DNA of 64,000 nucleotides from Sminthopsis crassicaudata. Lineage: Eukaryota. Positions 61,215-64,000 of this stretch are shown here, piece by piece; positions within the stretch are counted from its first letter, which is position 1; the number at the start of each line of letters is the position of its first letter. The translations under genes were made by a program, and so were the position numbers. Under the pieces are notes generated by a model, which did not search any database, was not told the origin of the DNA, and saw only the letters and a list, made by a program, of their open reading frames with translations. The DNA lies in assembly GCF_048593235.1 (NCBI RefSeq), contig NC_133617.1, positions 77,088,937 to 77,152,936 of the forward strand. The letters run 5' to 3'.

Positions 61215-61962
61215 CTGCAGGGTAGAGGATATAGTGGTTAAAAAGCCCCTAAATGAAAGAGGGAGAGAGAGTCACAAAATCAAAGAATACTGGAGTTTGA
61301 AGATGATCCAGTTCAATCCTCCTATCTTAAGTCTGTTAAAGCTAAAGGCTCGGGTGGGGAAGAAATTCACCTGAAATCACATGGCTGAGTCTTGGCAGTG
61401 GGAAAGCGGTAGTGAAGGGAAGAGGCAGGCTGGCTGGGCACCGGGAGAGGTCCCCATTATTACTGACGCCTGTGCTGCCCAAAAGGGAGCCTGCCTGCTG
61501 CGGGGGAATCTGGATTTGAATCCTGCCTCTTTTATAACGTGTGTAACTTTAGGCGAGACATTGAACTTGTTGAAACCCCGTTTCCTCCTCTGTAAAATGA
61601 GGTTTGGATTATAGCCGTCAAGGTCCCTTAATCCTATCAGGGCCGGTCCTTTGCTCACCTCCGCAGAAAACGGGTGCTCTTAGACAGCCCATATAATTTT
61701 TTCTCCCATTTCAGGCAGACATGAGTCTGGGGAAAATGAGGGAGGCAAGTTTCTTGAGATTCATCTCCCTTGTTAGGGACCCTGAGAAGATCAGACCCAA
61801 CACGCCTTGGTGCTGGAAGCCAGGAAGCTCGCTACTCATCATCTTCAGAAAAGGGAATAGGGAAGGGAGCAGGAGTCCTGGGAAGAGACCTGGGTTCACC
61901 CACAGATGAGGTGGCTCTCAGTGTCCTGATGGGTCAGAGGCCTGGGAGCAGGTGGTCGGTAC

Positions 61963-62011
61963 CTTTGAAACAGGTGATAAAATTCTTCACTTTAGCATCA
62001 TCCAGGAAAAG
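61963..62011 (-). CDS. C8orf82: C8orf82 coding exon 2
   Basis: LFLDDAKVKNFITCFK; ctgcag| and G|gtacc boundaries; 49 bp (phase 1). Confidence 0.92.
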
Positions 62012-62049
62012 CTGCAGGACAGGCAGGAGAGAGACAGAGAAAGAGGGGT

Positions 62050-63650
62050 GGGCGGTGGTGAGCCTGGAGGGTCCCCGTGACTGAGCCCGCTCCCCCGCCG
62101 GCCCGGCGTTTGGGTGTATCACGAGGCTTCTGCACTGCCATTTTACGGCCTTTTCAGGCCTTGCTGCTAGTTCCCCCAGGGGTCGGCGGCATCTTTATCC
62201 AGGGCCTGTCACATTGCACTTGAACATTTCAAGGAGCTCTTTGACCACGTTAACGAGGGATTCTCTCCCGCACCGGCCCCTTTCTTTTAGCCCGTGCCCG
62301 CCAGGGGTCCTCCGCGGGGGAGGCCTGGGCGGGCACTCTCTTCGGAGGTTTTGTGGGTCCTGTCTGTGGTTCCCTTTTGCCCTCTCTCTTCTGCGATCTT
62401 ATCCCCCCGCGTCACTTTTGTCCGCAGATCCCTCTACCTACACCTGCCAGGCTACTCCCGTCAATCTACCTCACGGCTCTTCAGAAATGGTGGCGCTCCA
62501 AGATTCCCGAGCACACAGCACTACCGGAAGAGCACTTTTGTGGGGGGGGGGAGCAACTCGGGCCCTTCAAGTTCCACGCGCCTCTCCCAAACACTGCTCC
62601 GTCCCTCTGCACCTGGCGGAGTGGCGCCGTCCGGGCCACGGCCTGCCGGGCTTCCGGAGCGCCAGCGAGCACGGGGCTCCCGCCCCCTTGGCTACCCCGG
62701 GCTGCCGGAGCGGCAAAGCTGCGCGTCCCACTGTAAGCGGCAGTGCTAAGGGAGGCTGGGGCGGGACAACCTTCCAGGCAGGGAAGCGCGGGTCTCAGGT
62801 GCTTAATAAGCCAGGAGGAGTCCAACTGCAGGAACACCCGCGCGTCTGCCGGGGCCGTAACACACACAAAGCCCTCCCCCACGAACCGCACCACCCCGCC
62901 GGGGGCCCTCCTTCGGGAGCACGGCGGCTGGCTCCTCCCTTCTGGCCCCCACTCCCCTTCCTCCTCCTCCTCCCCCCCCTCCCCCCCCGCCTGCCTCGCT
63001 TCCCCTCCTTTCTTCTCCTCCCCACTCCCCGCCCGCCCCGGCTCACCTGGCCTTGATGGTCGATGTAGTAGAAATACTCGCGGGTTCTCGGCTCAGGACT
63101 CTGGCCCTGGGTGTAGGAGGGACCCTCGCTGCTGGCTGCCCGGGCCCCGACCCCGCGAAGAAGGGCCAAGGGCAGGGCTCCGGCTCGGAGCCTGAGGCCG
63201 CCACTCACCGGCAACATGCTCCCGCAGCCTGACCCCTGTCGGATCTGGCCCGGCCTCCCGGGCCGGAAGTTGCCGGTCGGTCACGGATGGGGGGGCGGTG
63301 CTGTGGGAGCACTTGTCTCCCGGCCGCGGACACCCGTCGGTCTGGAGTTCCGGGGGGAAGGAGAGGAGAGGAGCGACCTGGAGCGTCGGGACTGGGGCTC
63401 TTCTCGGTTGTGGAATATTCTGAGCCTGTTTACACGTCACGTGCCCCTCAGTAAAACTCTTACCTTTATTTGATCCTTTGGAAATTAATGGGGTTTCGAG
63501 ATTTACTTCTCTGGGCGTTTGCCCTTTTACAAAACGCAGGTGGGAGGACTTAAGTCATTTGGCCAGTGCTCCCGGGGGCAGGCGGCCTGGAAATCCCGTG
63601 AGGCGCCTTCTAGCGGCCAATCCGTGACTTGGCTTCCAGTCTCACCATTT
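62050..63650 (-). promoter_or_regulatory. CpG island / promoter of C8orf82
   Basis: CpG-dense. ETS CCGGAAGT at 63263-63270, overlapping CRE/E-box CACGTCACGTG at 63433-63443, CCAAT at 63617-63621. Confidence 0.75.
63047..63217 (-). CDS. C8orf82: C8orf82 homologue (UPF0598) coding exon 1; full CDS complement(join(60769..61214,61963..62011,63047..63217)), 221 aa
   Basis: MLPVSGG..SYTQGQSPEPRTREYFYYIDHQGQ; donor CAG|gtgagc at 63047. Confidence 0.93.
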
Positions 63651-64000
63651 TGCAAAATTAAAGATCCCTTAATGCCAAATCTGCCTTGGTCCTGCTTGCC
63701 CTCTGGGCTGTATTTGACAGTTTACTGCCCTCTCTTCAGACATTCTCCTCCACGGTGTTTTAAAAAGGATATTTCTTGATGCTGGTTCTTGTCAGATCCC
63801 TCACTTTCCTGTCTAACCGCCTCGAGTATAATGCCCTCCTCCTGTTTGTTTCTTAAACAAACCACGATTTCCTTCCAGATTCAGCTCAAGGACCACCTTC
63901 TTCACAAAGCCTTTCCTGTCTACTTTGGTGTCCCCAGTGCTGAGCACAGTATTGACATGCATCCTCCCTTCTTTCCCCCACCCCATTAAATCACTCCTCC

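Noticed and set aside
62214-63195. 280-aa, 151-aa and 150-aa plus-strand ORFs
   Set aside because: CpG-island, low-complexity Pro/Arg/Gly sequence antisense to C8orf82 intron 1 and exon 1; no splice or domain support.

Overview
Vertebrate genomic DNA, not prokaryotic. It is almost certainly marsupial: tRNA-derived CORE-SINEs of the WSINE1 type plus dense MIR, L2 and L3/CR1 relics point to an Australian marsupial, possibly a dasyurid (inference). The window is syntenic with human 8q24.3. Five protein-coding genes can be assembled with GT-AG introns and consistent reading phase: two tandem LRRC14/PRAME-family paralogues on + (7293-10871, 528 aa; 24666-28599, 489 aa), an F-box/LRR-type gene with a single coding exon on - (29297-30433, 378 aa) that I cannot name, LRRC24 on - (31841-35960, 523 aa) and C8orf82 on - (60769-63217, 221 aa). 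The most interesting points are: (1) the unnamed F-box gene, which sits where human has no gene as I recall, has a housekeeping-type promoter and overlaps LRRC14 copy B tail-to-tail; (2) the reciprocally diverged LRRC14 pair, which together with the F-box gene makes a local cluster of three putative cullin-RING ligase substrate receptors; (3) a non-TE inverted repeat of about 350 bp with a 107-bp perfect core; (4) an LTR ending in an array of tRNA-Glu primer-binding-site-like motifs; (5) a CpG-island first exon at 55 kb with a uORF and an orphan polyadenylated 3' end. Comparisons with human proteins are from memory and need database confirmation. TE boundaries are approximate.
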